The notes beneath the pieces were generated by a model, which had not been told where the DNA came from, searched no databases, and saw only the letters and a list, made by a program, of their open reading frames with translations. From positions 1-64,000 of the forward strand of contig NW_027140008.1 in the NCBI RefSeq assembly GCF_035084215.1: a DNA stretch of 64,000 bases, given 5' to 3'. Made by a program: the position numbers and the translations under genes. This stretch comes from Heptranchias perlo. Its lineage: Eukaryota. Shown here one piece after another: positions 62,870-64,000 of this stretch (position 1 is the first letter of the stretch; every line of letters starts with the position of its first letter).

Positions 62870-64000
62870 TACAGAGTAAAGCTCCCTCTACACTGTCCCG
62901 TGAAACACTCCCAGGGTCAGGTACAGGGTTAGATACAGAGTAAAGCTCCCTCTACACTGTCCCATCAAACACTCCCAGGGCAGGTACAGGGTTAGATACA
63001 GAGTAAAGCTCCCTCTACACTGTCCCATCAAACACTCCCAGGGTCAGGTACAGGGTTAGATACAGAGTAAAGCTCCCTCTACACTGTCCCATCAAACACT
63101 CCCAGGGTCAGGTACAGGGTTAGATACAGAGTAAAGCTCCCTCCACACTGTCCCATCAAACACTCCCAGGGCAGGTACAGGGTTAGATACAGAGTAAAGC
63201 TCCCTCTACACTGTCCCATCAAACACTCCCAGGGTCAGGTACAGGGTTAGATACAGAGTAAAGCTCCCTCTACACTGTCCCATCAAACACTCCCAGGGTC
63301 AGGTACAGGGTTAGATACAGAGTAAAGCTCCCTCTACACTGTCCCATCAAACACTCCCAGGGCAGGTACAGGGTTAGATACAGAGTAAAGCTCCCTCTAC
63401 ACTGTCCCATCAAACACTCCCAGGGCAGGTACAGGGTTAGATACAGAGTAACGCTCCCTCTACACTGTCCCATCAAACACTCCCAGGGTCAGGTACAGGG
63501 TTAGATACAGAGTAAAGCTCCCTCTACACTGTCCCATCAAACACTCCCAGGGCAGGTACAGGGTTAGATACAGAGTAAAGCTCCCTCTATACTGTCCCAT
63601 CAAACACTCCCAGGTCAGGTACAGGGTTAGATACAGAGTAAAGCTCCCTCTACACTGTCCCGTCAAACACTCCCAGGGTCAGGTACAGGGTTAGATACAG
63701 AGTAAAGCTCCCTCTACACTGTCCCATCAAACACTCCCAGGGCAGGTACAGGGTTAGATACAGAGTAAAGCTCCCTCTACACTGTCCCATCAAACACTTC
63801 CAGGGTCAGGTACAGGGTTAGATACAGAGTAAAGCTCCCTCTACACTGTCCCATCAAACACTCCCAGGTCAGGTACAGGGTTAGATACAGAGTAAAGCTC
63901 CCTCTACACTGTCCCATCAAACACTCCCAGGGCAGGTACAGGGTTAGATACAGAGTAAAGCTCACTCTACACTGTCCCATCAAACACTCCCAGGGCAGGT
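62870..64000. repeat. 63/64-bp satellite
   Basis: Same unit as 9190-10345. Confidence 0.95.

Overview
Repeat-rich, GC-rich vertebrate DNA. The CR1 families, satellites and Ig-type exons point to a cartilaginous fish (inferred, not proven). Most of the window is minisatellite plus nested CR1/L2 LINEs. Between them on the + strand is a complete multi-exon antigen-receptor-like gene with phase-1 GT-AG junctions throughout: leader (15969-16014), one germline-joined VJ-type V exon with no RSS (17578-17958), Ig-heavy-like C1-set exons C1-C5, a candidate Pro-rich hinge mini-exon, a near-identical tandem copy of C4-hinge-C5, a transmembrane exon missed by the ORF track (50990-51127) and a cytoplasmic exon (54888-54973). 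The spliced ORF is 1001 aa, or 768 aa without the duplicated block. It looks like a non-rearranging, membrane-bound, heavy-chain-like receptor (UrIg-like class), with an unusual WCGCG J motif and an NF-kB/PU.1-type promoter lacking an octamer. An inverted copy of the leader region lies just after the stop codon, and the C2-C3 intron holds a three-level nest of LINEs. Exon coordinates were counted by hand; repeat boundaries are approximate.
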